Position numbers and translations under genes: made by a program. From Malacoraja senta (Eukaryota), in contig CM076001.1 in assembly GCA_038087875.1 (NCBI GenBank), forward strand, positions 1,674,001 to 1,738,000: DNA of 64,000 nt, read 5' to 3'. How positions within the stretch are numbered: position 1 is the stretch's first letter; the number at the start of each line of letters is the position of its first letter. This document shows, piece after piece, positions 51,125 through 63,476 of this stretch. Under the pieces are notes generated by a model. That model saw only the letters and a list, made by a program, of their open reading frames with translations, had not been told where the DNA came from and ran no database searches.

Positions 51125-52032
51125 CGAACTTGGTGACCATTCTGATTCTTTCTCAAGGAAGATGTGGCCTCTCGAAGTGCGTCACTCGCTACCTGGTGTT
51201 CATGGCGGTTACGGATTTCCTGGCCATCATCACCGCTGTGATATTGAGCCGGCTTCGGCCTATTTACCTCCCGGTTAGTTTCCTGTCCACTCTCCCGTAC
51301 TGCAATCTCGTCATCGCCTTCAGTTGGGTTTCCAAGGACTCTTCCGCCTGGTTAACGGTCGCCTTCACCTTCGATCGGTTCGTCGCCATTTGCTGTCAAA
51401 AGCTGAAACTGAGATATTGCACCGAGAAAATAGCGGCCGTCCTTATTGGAACAATTTGTGTGCTGGTCTGTTTCAAGAATATCCCATTTTATTTTGAATA
51501 TAAACCCATGTACATTATTAATAAAGTCCCATGGTACTGCACCATTAAAGAAATCTATTATACCTCTGTGTCATGGAGGTTCTACGAATGGTTGCACCGT
51601 ATGCTCAACCCCTGTGTACCGTTCCTTCTAATTCTGATGTTCAACATTGCGACGATCAGGCACATTCTAGCGGCCAGTGGAGCCCGCAAGAGGCTCCGAG
51701 CCCAGAGCAATGGAGATCAACAGAGTGACCCGGAGATGGAAAGCAGAAGGAAGTCCATCATTTTACTTTTGACAATCTCGGGTACATTTATCTTGTTGCG
51801 AATTACATATATCGGAAATTTTCTATTTGTACAATTTACACCCAATGACTATGCGGACGGTTCCAATGCAAATGACCCAAGGTTTATCCTTCAAGAAAGC
51901 GGATATATGCTGGAAATCCTCAGCTCCTGCACCAATTCGTGTATTTATGCAGGGACTCAGACTAAATTCCGAGAGCAGTTGAAGGGTGCGGTAAAATATC
52001 CCTTCAACACAGTCAGAAAGTGGTTCAAATAG
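51125..52032 (+). CDS. GPCR-4 exon 2: GPR139/GPR142-like receptor, intact (325 aa total)
   Basis: ccaacag|CG AAC TTG acceptor and an open frame to TAG at 52032. Same 7TM motifs as the paralogs. Confidence 0.94.
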
Positions 52033-52912
52033 TGGGAATGATTTAAATGTGTGCCTTGCATTCAATGATAATGCTATGAAACGACAAAATTAGAGACTAT
52101 TAAATTATGTGGATTTGTGAATTCCAAGTAATTGTCAGGTATTTTGTTAATGTAAACAGCTTCTAATTATTTGATGGGATGAGGGATAGGGAGAGAATGT
52201 CTGAAGAACGGTCTCGACCTATTCCTTTTCTCTTTAGATGCTGCCTGTGCCGCTAAGTTACTCCAGTTTTTGGAGTCCAACATCAAGGTTTGTTTGCTTT
52301 TTCAAGTTATGCAGTACATAATTGTGAAATAAAACTCTAACACGTTCTACTTGCATTTGCTTGCTTCGAAAAGATTTAAGGAAATATGATCTGGGCAGTA
52401 GCTTGTTGTTCATCGCGAATTGCCAATTGGTCAATGCTACTTTATGGTCACGTATACCGAGATACAGTGAAATTTGAATTGCTACAATCATACAAAAAAA
52501 GCAAAAAGATACATATCTACCTTAAGATTAAACATAGACTTAAATAGACACCACATATGGGCGAACGTGTTGTGGGGTCCTGCAAAAGACCGCGATGTGT
52601 CTCGAAAGTGGTCGTAAGCCTTAAATAGCATATCGCAATTAAAGTCGGCAGAGAGGAAGACTACGCTGTCGCGGAGACTTTATGGGCCACGTGTGTTTCA
52701 GTGTAGCCGGCGGTTCGGCGTTGAACCACCAGCGAGATGAGTCGGTGAGTTAGTGGGTCATTGAATTCCGCGCCTGCGCCTGACTGCATTGAGGTTCGGA
52801 GCCCGCTGCATTTCGGGTATTGACATCGAGAGGAACTCAGCTCAAGCGCGTCGGACGCCCGTTCGCACACGGTACAGTTCAGACCCAGAAAAAAATCGCA
52901 GGCAGTTTAATA

Positions 52913-53141
52913 ATGACTCTTTTTGGTCTGATCCACATCGTCTTTCTAATAGGTAAGTTAGAACTTGCGTTACTCGTTGACAGATATGACTTATGGACTC
53001 TTTGCAATATGTATCTCCTATTTTATGATTCCTTTTATTAATTGTAGATTTCGACTGCGAGCGTTCACGTTCCCAAAGTCCCTCGTTATTTTGTACACCC
53101 CAACAAGGTCGATATAAAGGGCTTTTCTCTTATGCACTTTG
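52913..53141 (+). pseudogene. Probable truncated V gene: leader exon 52913-52952, 95-bp intron, 5' V-like remnant cut by CR1
   Basis: ATG plus MTLFGLIHIVFLI and G|gtaagt (40 nt, same size and phase as the V-1/V-3 leaders). ttgtag| acceptor at 53047. The remnant has Q and SY at the same spacing as V-3 FR1 but lacks the first Cys. Confidence 0.5.
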
Positions 53142-55395
53142 CAACAAAGGGGGCTTTTACTGGTCGGTTGCCAAGTGACGAGCGGAGTTCCGCAGTGGTC
53201 GGTGCTAGAGCCGCTACTCCTCGGGTTGTGTATTAATGATTTGGACGAGGGGATTGAAGGATTTGTGGCCAAGTTTGCGGAAGATAGGAAAATAGGTAGA
53301 GGGGCAGGTAGAGTAGAGAAAGCAGGGACACTGCAGAAAGACTCGGACAGGCTGGGAGAGTGGGCAGAGAAGTGGCAGATGGAATATTGTGTCGCAAATT
53401 GCGGAGTCATGCATTTTGGTAGTCGGAATAAAGGCGTGGACTATTTTCTAAATGGGGTTTAAACATAGAATTCGGAGGTGCAAAGGGTGCAGGATTCCCA
53501 AAAGGTTAATCTGCCAGTTGAATCGGTAGTAAAGAAGCAATGCTAGCATTTATTTCAAGAGCGCTAGAATATAAAAACAGGGATGTGATACTGAGGCACA
53601 ACAAGGCGCTGGTCAGGCCGCATGTTGAGTATTGTGAGAAATTTTGAGCACCATATCTGAGGAAGCATGTGTTAAAGAAGGAACTGCAGATGCTGGAAAA
53701 TCGAAGGTACACAAAAATGCTGGAGAAACTCAGCTGGTGCAACAGCATCTATGGAGCGAAGGAAACAGGCAACGTTTCGGGCTGAAACCCTTCTTCAGAC
53801 TGAAGTAGCATTTCGGCCCGAAACGTTGCCTGTTTCCTTCGCTCCATAGATGCTGCTGCACCAGCTGAGTTTCTCCAGCATTTTTGTGTACCTGAGGAAG
53901 GATGTGCTGGTTCTGGAGTGGTTCCATGGGAAAAGAATTATCCCAGGGATTAGTGGGTTAATATATGATGAGAGTTTAATGGCACTGGGCTGTACTCGCT
54001 AGCGTTTAGAAGGATGAAGAGGGACCTTATTGAAACGTGCCGAATTGTGATAGGCTTGGAAAGAGTGGATGTGGAGATATATTTCAACTGATAGGAGAGT
54101 CTAGGACCAGCCGTCTAAGTCTCAGAATTAAAGGACGTTCCTTTAGGAAGAAGATGAGCAGGAATATCTTCAGTCGGAGGGCGGCGAATCTGTGGAATTA
54201 TTTGCCACAAAAGGCTGTAAAGACCAAGTCAATAGATATGTTTAAGGCAGAGCTGCAGTAGATGGATTATTGATTAGTACGGATGTCAGTTGTTATGGGG
54301 AGAAGGCAGGGGGGTAGGTTTAGGAGGAAGAGATAGTTCAGCCATAAGTGAATGGCGGAGTAGACGATGGCTTAATTCTTCTTATCACGTGTCCTTTGAA
54401 TAAGCCTCCTCTGTGTCCTTGGAACAAGCCCCTATGAGCTTATTAAAATACAACGGTTTCTGGATGAGAACCTACAGGGCAAGATTTGCAAGTTTGCTGA
54501 TGATACAAAGGTTAGTGGTTTAGCAGATAGTGAGGATGGATGTGAACGAATGCAGCGGGATCTGGATCGATTGTCCAGGTGGGCGGAGGAATGAGTGATG
54601 GAATTTTGTCACTGAGAAGTATGAGGTGTTGCATTTTGGGACGCCGAACACGGGCAGGACCTACACAGTAAATGGTAGTGTTGTAGAACAGAGGGATCTT
54701 GGAGTACAAGTGCCATGAAAGTCGAGTCACAGGTAGATAGGGTGGTCAAAAAGGCTTTTAGCACATTGGCCTTCATCAGTCAGAGTATTGTGTATAGAAG
54801 TTGGGAGGTCATGTTGCAGATCTATAAGACGTTGGTGAGACCACGTTCAGAATATTGTGTTCAGTTCTGGGCACCATGTTATAGGAAATATATTGTGAAG
54901 CTTGAAAAGATTCAGAAAAGATTTACGAGGATGTTGCCAGGACTAGAGGGTGTGAGCTATAGGGAGAGGTTGAGTAGGCTGGGTCCCTATTCCATGGAGC
55001 GTCGGAGGATGAGAGGGTTCTTATAGAAGTATACAAAATCATGAGCGGAATATATCTGGTCGATGCACAGAGTCTTTTACACAGAGTAGTGTAATCGAGG
55101 ACCAGAGGACACAGGTTCAAGGTGAAGGGGAAAATATTTATTAGGAAGCAGAGGGGTGACATTTTCACACACAGGGTGGTAGGTGTATTGAACAAGCTGT
55201 CAGAGGAGGTAGTTGGGACTGGGATTACCCTTCGTTTAAGAAACATTTGGACAGGTACATTGACAGGACAGGTTCGGAGGGTAATGGACCAAGCACGGGC
55301 AAGTGGGACGAGGATAGCTGGGACATTGTTGGCCGATGTGGGCGAATTGGGCCGAAGGGCCTGTTTCCACACTGTATTACTCTATGACTATGACT
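53142..55395 (+). mobile_element. Two tandem CR1 RT/3' relics, approx.
   Basis: VTSGVPQWSVLEP...KFAED, and 54715-55403 RT C-terminus with a (CTATGA)n tail. Confidence 0.88.
53672..53891. mobile_element. Palindromic Penelope-tail-derived element nested in CR1
   Basis: Long inverted repeat. Flanked by CTGAGGAAG(C/G)ATGTG at 53657-53671 and 53892-53906. Confidence 0.7.
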
Positions 55396-55422
55396 TTCCA
55401 TGATTCTATCCCCTCAATACCG

Positions 55423-55468
55423 ATGGACATATTATTGGTAGATTACGTTATACTTTTCTGCTGCTGGT
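55423..55468 (+). CDS. V-2 candidate leader exon (MDILLVDYVILFCCW, phase-1 T|gtgagc)
   Basis: In frame with the V exon (T|GT = Cys). The implied intron is only 56 bp. Confidence 0.6.
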
Positions 55469-55524
55469 GTGAGCTTTGTCGACGAAGAATTGGATTAAGA
55501 GATGAATTGAATTATTCACTCCAG

Positions 55525-55828
55525 GTACAATTGAAGGGAATTCCGTTGCTCAGAAAGATCACGAAGTGAAGGCCATTGAAGGAGATCATCCTGAATTCAG
55601 TTGCTATTACAACACCAGCTATGATTACCCGAATATTTATTGGTACCGCCTGCACCGGATTCAGGCACCTCAGTTTATCCTGCAGCTGGATAACACGAAG
55701 CCAAGGGATGCGGAATTTGGGACGGGACGCTTCCGCGCTCGCCTTTTCCAAAATTATCAAGTCTTCCGTTTGGTGATTTCTGATGCAGAGGTCGAAGATA
55801 GCGCCATCTATATCTGTGCGTTGCGTAT
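55525..55828 (+). CDS. V-2: TCR alpha/delta-type V exon, open frame, different V family from V-1/V-3
   Basis: ctccag| acceptor; TIEGNSVAQ...FSCYY...IYWYR...APQFIL...EDSAIYICALR. Both Ig-domain Cys and the conserved Trp are present. Confidence 0.92.
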
Positions 55829-55866
55829 CACGGCGTTACAAAACTCTCCGACACTGTACAAAAACC
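55829..55866 (+). other. RSS of V-2 (variant heptamer, 22-bp spacer)
   Basis: CACGGCG 55829-55835, 22 bp, then a consensus ACAAAAACC at 55858-55866. Confidence 0.85.
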
Positions 55867-57869
55867 TCACCGTAAACGTAAACCGCAAATAAGAGCTCAC
55901 CAACACATGTCCACCAACATTAATCGGTCATTGCAAGAAATGATGGATCAACATTCAAAAGTCCCCAAACCAATGTGTATGATTCGTATTATTCTGTCAA
56001 TCTGTTTTGTGGCACAGAGCTGTCGAGCACGGAAAAATGCCCAACGGCCCGCGTTATCCATGCCCAACAATTTGCTATATTCTGCTGACCTCCTTTGTGC
56101 GTGTTTGGCCCACAGCCCTCTCAAAATTTTCGATCATATATTTGTTCTTATAGTTTTTAAAATCATAACTACTCCCGCTTCAATAGTTTCCTTCTGCCAG
56201 CTGATTCAACACATGAACTAAAATTCGGACTAAACCTCTGAGTGAAAAAGGTTTCCGCTCGCATCCCTCTTCGCCGTTTCTCCTCCGTCTACCTATGTTC
56301 TCTGGCTTTAGAATCCTCTACTCTGCGAAAAAGATTGTTAACGACGTTTGATTTGTACAAGTCCCTCATGATCTTGTACAGGTCTTGTACTGGTCAATAA
56401 TATCACCCTAAGTCCTAAACTTAGCCAACCGAGGCCCGCTTACGTAGCCCCCAACCGGTTAGCAGCACCACCAACCCCCCCCCCCCCCCGCCCATATAAC
56501 TGCAGTCAACAATCCCAAGCAACTCAGATGGACAAAAATGCTGGAATAATTAAGCGGGTCACATGATAACTGGGGAAAATGGATAGTTTAAGAAGGAGCT
56601 GCAGATGCTGGAAAATCGAAGGTAGATAAAAATGCTGGAGAAACTCAGCGGGTGAGGCAGCATCTATGGAGCGAATGAAATAGGCGACGTTTCGGGTCGA
56701 GAACCTTCTTCAGACTGATGTGAGGGTGGCGAGGCGGGAAGAAGAAAGGAAGAGGCGGAGACAGTGGGCTGAGGGAGAGCTGGGAAGGGGAGGAGAAAGC
56801 AGGGACTACCTGAAATTGAAGAAGTCAATGTTCATACAAAGGACAAAGGACAAAGGACATTTATTGTCACATACACCAATTGGTGCAGTGAAATTTGACT
56901 TGCCGTGCAGCACACAAATAAGATAAATACAACACAATAGAATTTAACCTTAAACATAAAAAGCATCCCCCCGACAGCGGGATCAACGTTTCCCACTGTG
57001 AGGGAAGGCAGCAAAGTTCAGTCCACTTCCTCTATGTTCACCCGTGGTTGGGGCCTATTGAGGCCTCCGCAGTCGCCGCTACGGCGGCACGAATGATGGA
57101 ACTCCGGCGTCCGAAGAACGCTCTCAGAGGCTTGGAGTTCCGAAACGGCCGCTTCCTACCGGAGACCGCGGCTCCCGAAGTCCACAGGCCGCGCTGGGCG
57201 CAGCTCCGACACTGGCGACCTCGGCGAAAGATCTCAGGATCCCCTCCAAGACCACCTCTGATGAATCCAACTCCGCCCTCAGGACGGAGCCAGCCTTCCT
57301 CGTGAGTTTGTTAATCTTGAGAGATCCCAAGCAATATTCTGGAGAATCTCCTCTACAGCATTTCCAACTTAATTATATCATTCCTATATCCGGGCGACGG
57401 GGGAATCGTGGACCTAAATTATGTGATCTTCCCATTCAGTCATAGAGATACATAGCACATAAATTGGTTCTTAACCTATCGAGTCCGCGCCCACCATCGA
57501 CCATCCACTTCCCGCTAACACACATTAACTACCCCACCCAGTCCCACATATTCTATCACGCATGTACACAACGGGGCCAACTTACATCGGTGAATTAACC
57601 TGCCAACTTCCACATATTGGGCCGTGAGAGGAAATGGGGGCAGCGTGAGAAATCCGTGCGACTCTATGTAGTAATTGCAAACAATGCAACCGCCGGGTTT
57701 CTGGAGTTGCAAAGCGACGGCTCTACCAACCGAGCCGCTGCGCCACCTTCGTCCTGAAGAATAATAATTAAGACGAGGTCGTTCCTTCAAGGTAGATCAA
57801 CACACACGGTGGCAGAATGTCCACAACCGGAAAATCCACCCCGAGAGAGGATTTCATGTAAAATTCACT

Positions 57870-58295
57870 GCAATTTAGATGAGAGGAGATATTATAGAAA
57901 TACGTACAATTCTTAAGGGATTGGAGAGGCTAGATGCACGAAAAATGGTCCCCATGTTCGGGATGTCCAGGACCAGTGGTCACAGTTTAAGAATAAATGG
58001 TACGCCATTTAGACGGAGATGAGGAAAACCTTTTTCATCGAGAGTTGTGAATCTGTGGAAATCTCTGCCACAGAAGGCAATGGAGGCCAATTGACTGGAT
58101 GTATTCAAGAGAGAGCTAGATATAGCTCTGAGACTCTCAGTGAGAGCTGACAGAATCAAGGGATATGGGGAAAATGCAGGAACAGGGTACTGATTCACGA
58201 TGATCAGCAGTGATCATATTGAATGGCGGTCCTGGCTCGAAGTGCCGAATGCACTACTCCTGCACGTACTTTCTTTGTTTCTATGTTTCTATGAT
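57870..58295 (+). mobile_element. CR1 3' end, approx.
   Basis: RGDIIEIRTILKGLERLD frame and TTCTATG tail. Its last part is shared with 7410-7585. Confidence 0.85.
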
Positions 58296-60484
58296 TTACA
58301 ATCATCTGTTGGGCACCAGCCAATGACTCTGGGCACATCTTTCATTCCTTTGTTCTCTATCTCTCTATATCATCGTCTATGGCTATCATTTCCCTTTCCC
58401 CTGACTCTTAGTCTGAAGAACGCTCCCAACCAGAAACCTCAAATATTCCTTTTCTCCAGTGATGCTATCTGGCCCGCGGAGTTACTCCAGCTTTTTGTAC
58501 CAATCATCGGTTTAAAGCAGCATCTGCTGTTCCTTCCTGACAATGCCTTCGAGAAGCGGGTGCGCCGGCCAATGAATGAAACCAATATACAGGCTCAGAA
58601 CCGCGACCATAGAGCGAGGCCGTGGAAATATATTGATATATCCACGGTTGTTTGAAGGGCCGTCTGTCTTGTAGCTTTCAATAATCCTATAAAATTACGA
58701 TAGGTTTTGAGATAATGGTTGATGGGGAGTTTAGAGGATTCAACCCCATCCTACATTTCGCTTACCGTCTCCTTCCCTTCTTCTTGTCACTACATCCCAC
58801 CACCCCCCACCGCACCCGATGCATTCCTTTTGCCTCCCTGCTCTGTACATCTTTTCCCACACAACGTCTCCTCCTATCCCCAACGAAAATAGAAAATAAT
58901 TATCGCCTGTATATAATCTGGAGCAGCATTCTGCGAGTAAATTCAGTAATGAATAGATTGAGAACTGGGACAAAAACACAAACTGCTGGAGAAACATTGT
59001 TGGTGAAAGACTGTCTGTTGCGATAAAGGGATTGTTGACGCCTTGTGTCGATACCCTAGATTCAGACCCTCTACAGAGAATTTTGAGCCTGGTTCTCTCG
59101 TTCGTTGCGTTTGTTCCCTCCTTAATAAAATCTCAATGAATCACCTTCACGCATGATATTATGCAGCGCTTTCTTCCCTCTTTTGCAAACGTGAACAATA
59201 GTTTGTCTGCGGGTTTGGTTTTTAAGTAGCTGTGGTAGCATATCGGTCATGCAGGAGGCAGTTAGTGACGATGGATCAGCAGACAAGACTAATGGGCAAC
59301 AGTGACAAGCAGCACCTGGAGACTGACACCGGAAACAGAAAGGACAGTCGGTGGAGAGGTGGAGTGTTACTTCCGGAGTCCTTTAGAGACGCAAATGCCG
59401 GAGTCCTGGGCAATTGGAGGAACTATGTGGGCCAGGCAATATATGTGGAGGGAAGTGGGTGAACGACGTTTCGGGTCTGAAACGTTCGTCAGACTTTCGA
59501 AGCACCTCTGAAGAAGGCTCCCCACGAGAAACGGATCCTGACCATTCCCCCACTGAAGCCACCTGGCTCGCTGAGTTATTCTAGCAAAGATCATAACAAC
59601 ATGCTGGAGTAACTCAGCGCCTGAAGCAACATCTCTGGAGAAAAGGCATAGGTGATGTTTTGGGTCGAGACCCTCGATCGTCCAGCAATTCATTTGCTCA
59701 TGAGTCGTTACTAGGTTTGCTCGCTTTTTTCCTTTGGCCTATTTATTTTTTCTCACTTTCCTATTGCACCTTCAATGTCCATCTCTCTTTTGTCTCGTCG
59801 TTTCTCTTACATTATGGTCTCCAATATTTTTCCGTCCTCATTTGCAATATGACATTAAAGATTTCTACATGTGTTGCACCTTCTACATAGAATACATTTA
59901 TTTCATTTCCAACGGTGTTGCAACAGTATATTCCGCATATCTTTCTCGTTTCACACCACTATTTTCTTTAATGTATGCTTTTGTTGTACTAGTGCAGGGT
60001 GTGATCTGCTCACATAACACACAAAACAACTTTTCCGCCGTATCTCAGTACCAATAAACCAGAACCAATGCCAATTCCGGCACGTTGGCGCAGCGGTAGT
60101 GTTGCTACCTTGCAGCGCCAGAAACCCGGTTTCGCTCCTGGTATTATCTGTACGGAGTGGGTTTTGACCTGCGTGGGTTTTGACCTGCGTGGGTTTTCTC
60201 CGGGATCTTCGGTTTCCCTCCACACTCCAAAGACCCTCGGGTTTGTAGGTTAATTGACTTAGTATTATTGTTAACTATCGTTAGTGTGCGTAAGATAGTG
60301 TTTGTGTGCAGAGATCGCTGCTCGGCGTGATGGGCCGAAGGGTCTGTTTCCGCGCGAATTTTAACTAAATACCAATTGGTGATGTGGGTAGGAAGGATGA
60401 ATGCATAGACAAACTGAAACTCTCCCCACAGAAGGATGCGTCCACCCCCATTCTCCCGGCAATACACAAATGCAGACGAACACA

Positions 60485-60492
60485 TGACGTCA
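60485..60492. promoter_or_regulatory. Perfect CRE (TGACGTCA) upstream of V-3
   Basis: Paralog of 10983-10990. Confidence 0.45.
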
Positions 60493-61010
60493 GAGGAAGT
60501 AGCAAAAAAAAAACCGAGCGGGTCATTACTCGCGTTCAAAGACCGCCGCTTACTTCATTTAAATTTGATTCAGATTAGTTTTGAGATGCTGCGCGGAATA
60601 AGTCCCTTCGGCCCGCCGAGTCCGCGCCCAACAGCGACCCCCGCACACTAACACTAGCCGACACACACTAGGGTTAATTTACTATTTTTTTCCAAGCCAA
60701 TTAGCCTACGTCTTTGGAGTGTGGGAGACAACCGGAGCGCCCGGAGAAAAAAGCCACGAAGTTGACAGGGAGAAGGTGTAAACTCTGTAAAGACAACACC
60801 CGCGGTCAGTTTCCAACCCGAGTCTCTGGCGCAGCAATTCTACCGCTGCGCCAACCGGCCGCCCAAGGTAGATACTTCCTCCGCTTTCGGTACAGCTTCC
60901 GCCTTGAACGGTGCTTCAATCGCCTCAATCCACATATAGCGTCCCCGTCCTGTCGTTAGGTAACGGAAAAGCCACTGCAGAATTTTGCTACCGAAGTTAA
61001 CCACGAGACC

Positions 61011-61050
61011 ATGTTCTCCCACATTCTCGTGATAATATGCACAGTGTTCG
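61011..61050 (+). CDS. V-3 leader exon (MFSHILVIICTVF)
   Basis: ACCATG start, 40 nt, G|gtaagt donor, 97-bp intron. Confidence 0.93.
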
Positions 61051-61147
61051 GTAAGTTTCGCGGTGCCTTTTCTCTGTTGTCTTTAATGCGACGTTTGCAA
61101 CTTTCCAACTCAATGCTGAAAACAATTCACCAACGTTTATTTTTCAG

Positions 61148-61451
61148 GGGATATTCGGGGAGAGTCGGTAACGCAGCCGGAAGCCGAGTTAAGTGTGACT
61201 GAGGGAAATACAGTGAAAATACAGTGCAGCTACACGACAGATATCAGCAACCCCGACCTATATTGGTACCGACAGCAAGCGGATCAGGCTCCAGAGTTCA
61301 TTTTATATCGGGATAACAGCAACAATGAAAACGCGGATTTTGCAAGGGAGAGGTTCGCGGCTGATCAGGCCAACGGTGGAGGGAATATCCCATTGACAAT
61401 CACACAAGCAAAGCATCAGGACTCCGGCATGTATCTCTGCGCGCTAAGGCT
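61148..61451 (+). CDS. V-3: TCR alpha/delta-type V exon, intact
   Basis: GDIRGESVTQ...IQCSY...LYWYRQQ...QDSGMYLCALR with an open frame. Confidence 0.94.
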
Positions 61452-61490
61452 CACAGTGTTTCATCATTGAGCTGTTGCTCAACAAAAAGC
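61452..61490 (+). other. 23-RSS of V-3
   Basis: CACAGTG 61452-61458, 23-bp spacer, ACAAAAAGC 61482-61490. Confidence 0.95.
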
Positions 61491-63029
61491 TCAAAAAACA
61501 AACACAACCGCAAACCGCAACCTCCCAGTTCCAACAAACGGCTCATCCGCGTTAGGTATCAACCTCCGCTGTGCAAGATCTTTGGTTTCAAGAAACGAGT
61601 CTAAGCGAAACACAAATCACCCCCGTCTCACCTCAAACTCCACCACAGCAGATGTCACACACAACCGAAGTTTCCCGCTTGGCGGACTCTAATCGAAACG
61701 AGAAATATCTGTTGCTCCTGAAATCCCAGAGCACTATACCGAAAATGGCAACCAAAGTTCCTTACGCGGACCGGATTCAACGTTGCACCAATACCTCAAA
61801 CGCAGATTGAAAGGTTGCTCTTTGCGCCACTTGATAGCATGGCCGGGGTGAGAGTGGAAACAGGAACTATAATGACGTTTATGAGACGTTTAGTTAGAAT
61901 CATGGCTATAGCGGGAATGGATCGATATGGTTCAAGTGCAGTCGGATCAGATTATTTTTCAGGGTACAGTACAGTTTATTGCCACGTGTACCGAGGTACA
62001 GTGAAAAACTTTTGTCCCGTGCTATCCAGTCTCCGGAAGATAATACATTATTACAATCGAGCCTTTTACAGTGTATAGATACATGAGAAGGGAAAATTAA
62101 CGTTTAGTGCAAGGTAAAGCCAGCATAATCTGATCAAGGATAATCGGAGAGTCACCAACGAAGTAGGTCCCAGTTCAGGGCTGCTTTCTGCTTGCGGAAT
62201 GTAAAAATAAGGGGTAATCTATTTGGAACGGTTACGAGTAAAAACGTTTTCACACTGAGAGTTGTGAATCTGTGGAATTCTCTCCCTCAGAGGCGGTGGA
62301 GGCCGGTTCTCTGGATACTTTCAAGTGTGAGCTAGATAGGGCACCTAATGATAGCGGAGTCAGGGTATATGGGAGAAGGCAGGAACGAGTACTTATTGGG
62401 GATGATCAGCAATGATCACATTGAATGGCGCTGCTGGCTCGAAGGGCCGAATGGCCTACTCCTGCACCTATTGTCTATTGTCTGTTGGTCGGATGATTCA
62501 GTTGCCTGTTAACAGCTGGCAAGAAACTGTCCCTGAATTTGGATTAGTTTATCTTGGCATCATGTTCGGCACAGACATTGTTGGCGGAGGACCATATGAG
62601 GCACTCTACCTTTCATAGTACATTATAAATTGGCAACCCAGATCAATACGATGTAATAGTCGCTTAAGTGACGAATCGGCATATTTGCAAAAGGATAGGG
62701 GACTCTCAGATCGCGAACCATTGCCTGCAATTAGGCATGCAGAATTATTTGGACAATGTGGCTCCCAAATACTATCAGTCCCTAACAAATTGAAGGCACG
62801 CCAATATCTATCTAGGCCCCTTGATCGGCCGATAAGCATCTCCGCCTTGTCAGATAATCGGTGGCGGCAAAACGACCGAGCAACGTTGTTCACCGGTTCC
62901 CTGGAGTACACATGGGCGTAGGATCTGAGTTCTATTCCACGTTAGTTTCCATCGCAGACCAACTCGAATTCTGTCCTCCATCATAGCTCTTGATTAGAAA
63001 GGATGTCAAGGGTAACGTGGAAACAAAGA

Positions 63030-63455
63030 AACATAGAAAGAGAACATATGTGCATGACTAGGCCATTCCGCCCTTCGAGCCAGCACCGCCATTCAATATG
63101 ACCATGGCTGACCTTCCAAAATCAGTACCCAGTTCCTGTTTCCCCCCCATATTCCGTTAGCCCTGAGAGCGGTATCTAACTCTCTCTGTTGAAAACATCC
63201 AGTGAATTGGCCTCCACTGCATTCTGTGGCAGAGAATTCCACATAATCTCAACTATCCGGGTGAAAACGTTTTCCTCATCTCAGTCCTAAATGGCCTACC
63301 GCTTATTCTTTACTGTGACACCTTTGTTCTGGACTTCCGCAACATCGGGAACATTTTTCCTGCCGCTAGCCTGTCCAATCCCTTAAGAATGTTATATGTT
63401 TCTATGATACCCTCTCATCCTTCTAAATTCCAGTGAATACAATCCCATTCGACCA
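63030..63455 (-). mobile_element. CR1 3' fragment abutting GPCR-5 exon 1, approx.
   Basis: Paralogous to 15030-15290 and 26910-27345. Confidence 0.85.
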
Positions 63456-63476
63456 ATTTGATTGTTTTCCAGGAAT

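Noticed and set aside
1156-52032. Assigning the symbol GPR139 to any of the receptors
   Set aside because: They are multiple diverged paralogs with altered TM6/TM7 motifs. Family similarity is clear but orthology cannot be established without a phylogeny.
53142-53165. GGFYW as the conserved V-domain Trp of the orphan V remnant
   Set aside because: These bases match the CR1 RT sequence (aaagggagctttttctggttggc-like), so they are not evidence for a V domain.
61040-61046. CACAGTG in the V-3 leader exon as a cryptic RSS
   Set aside because: No nonamer at either spacing, and the paralog has TACAGTG.
12173-61490. Calling the V segments Ig VH or VL, or specifically TRAV versus TRDV
   Set aside because: WYR and YxCAL motifs with no octamer favour TCR over Ig. 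Alpha and delta Vs share 23-RSS and a locus, so they cannot be separated here.
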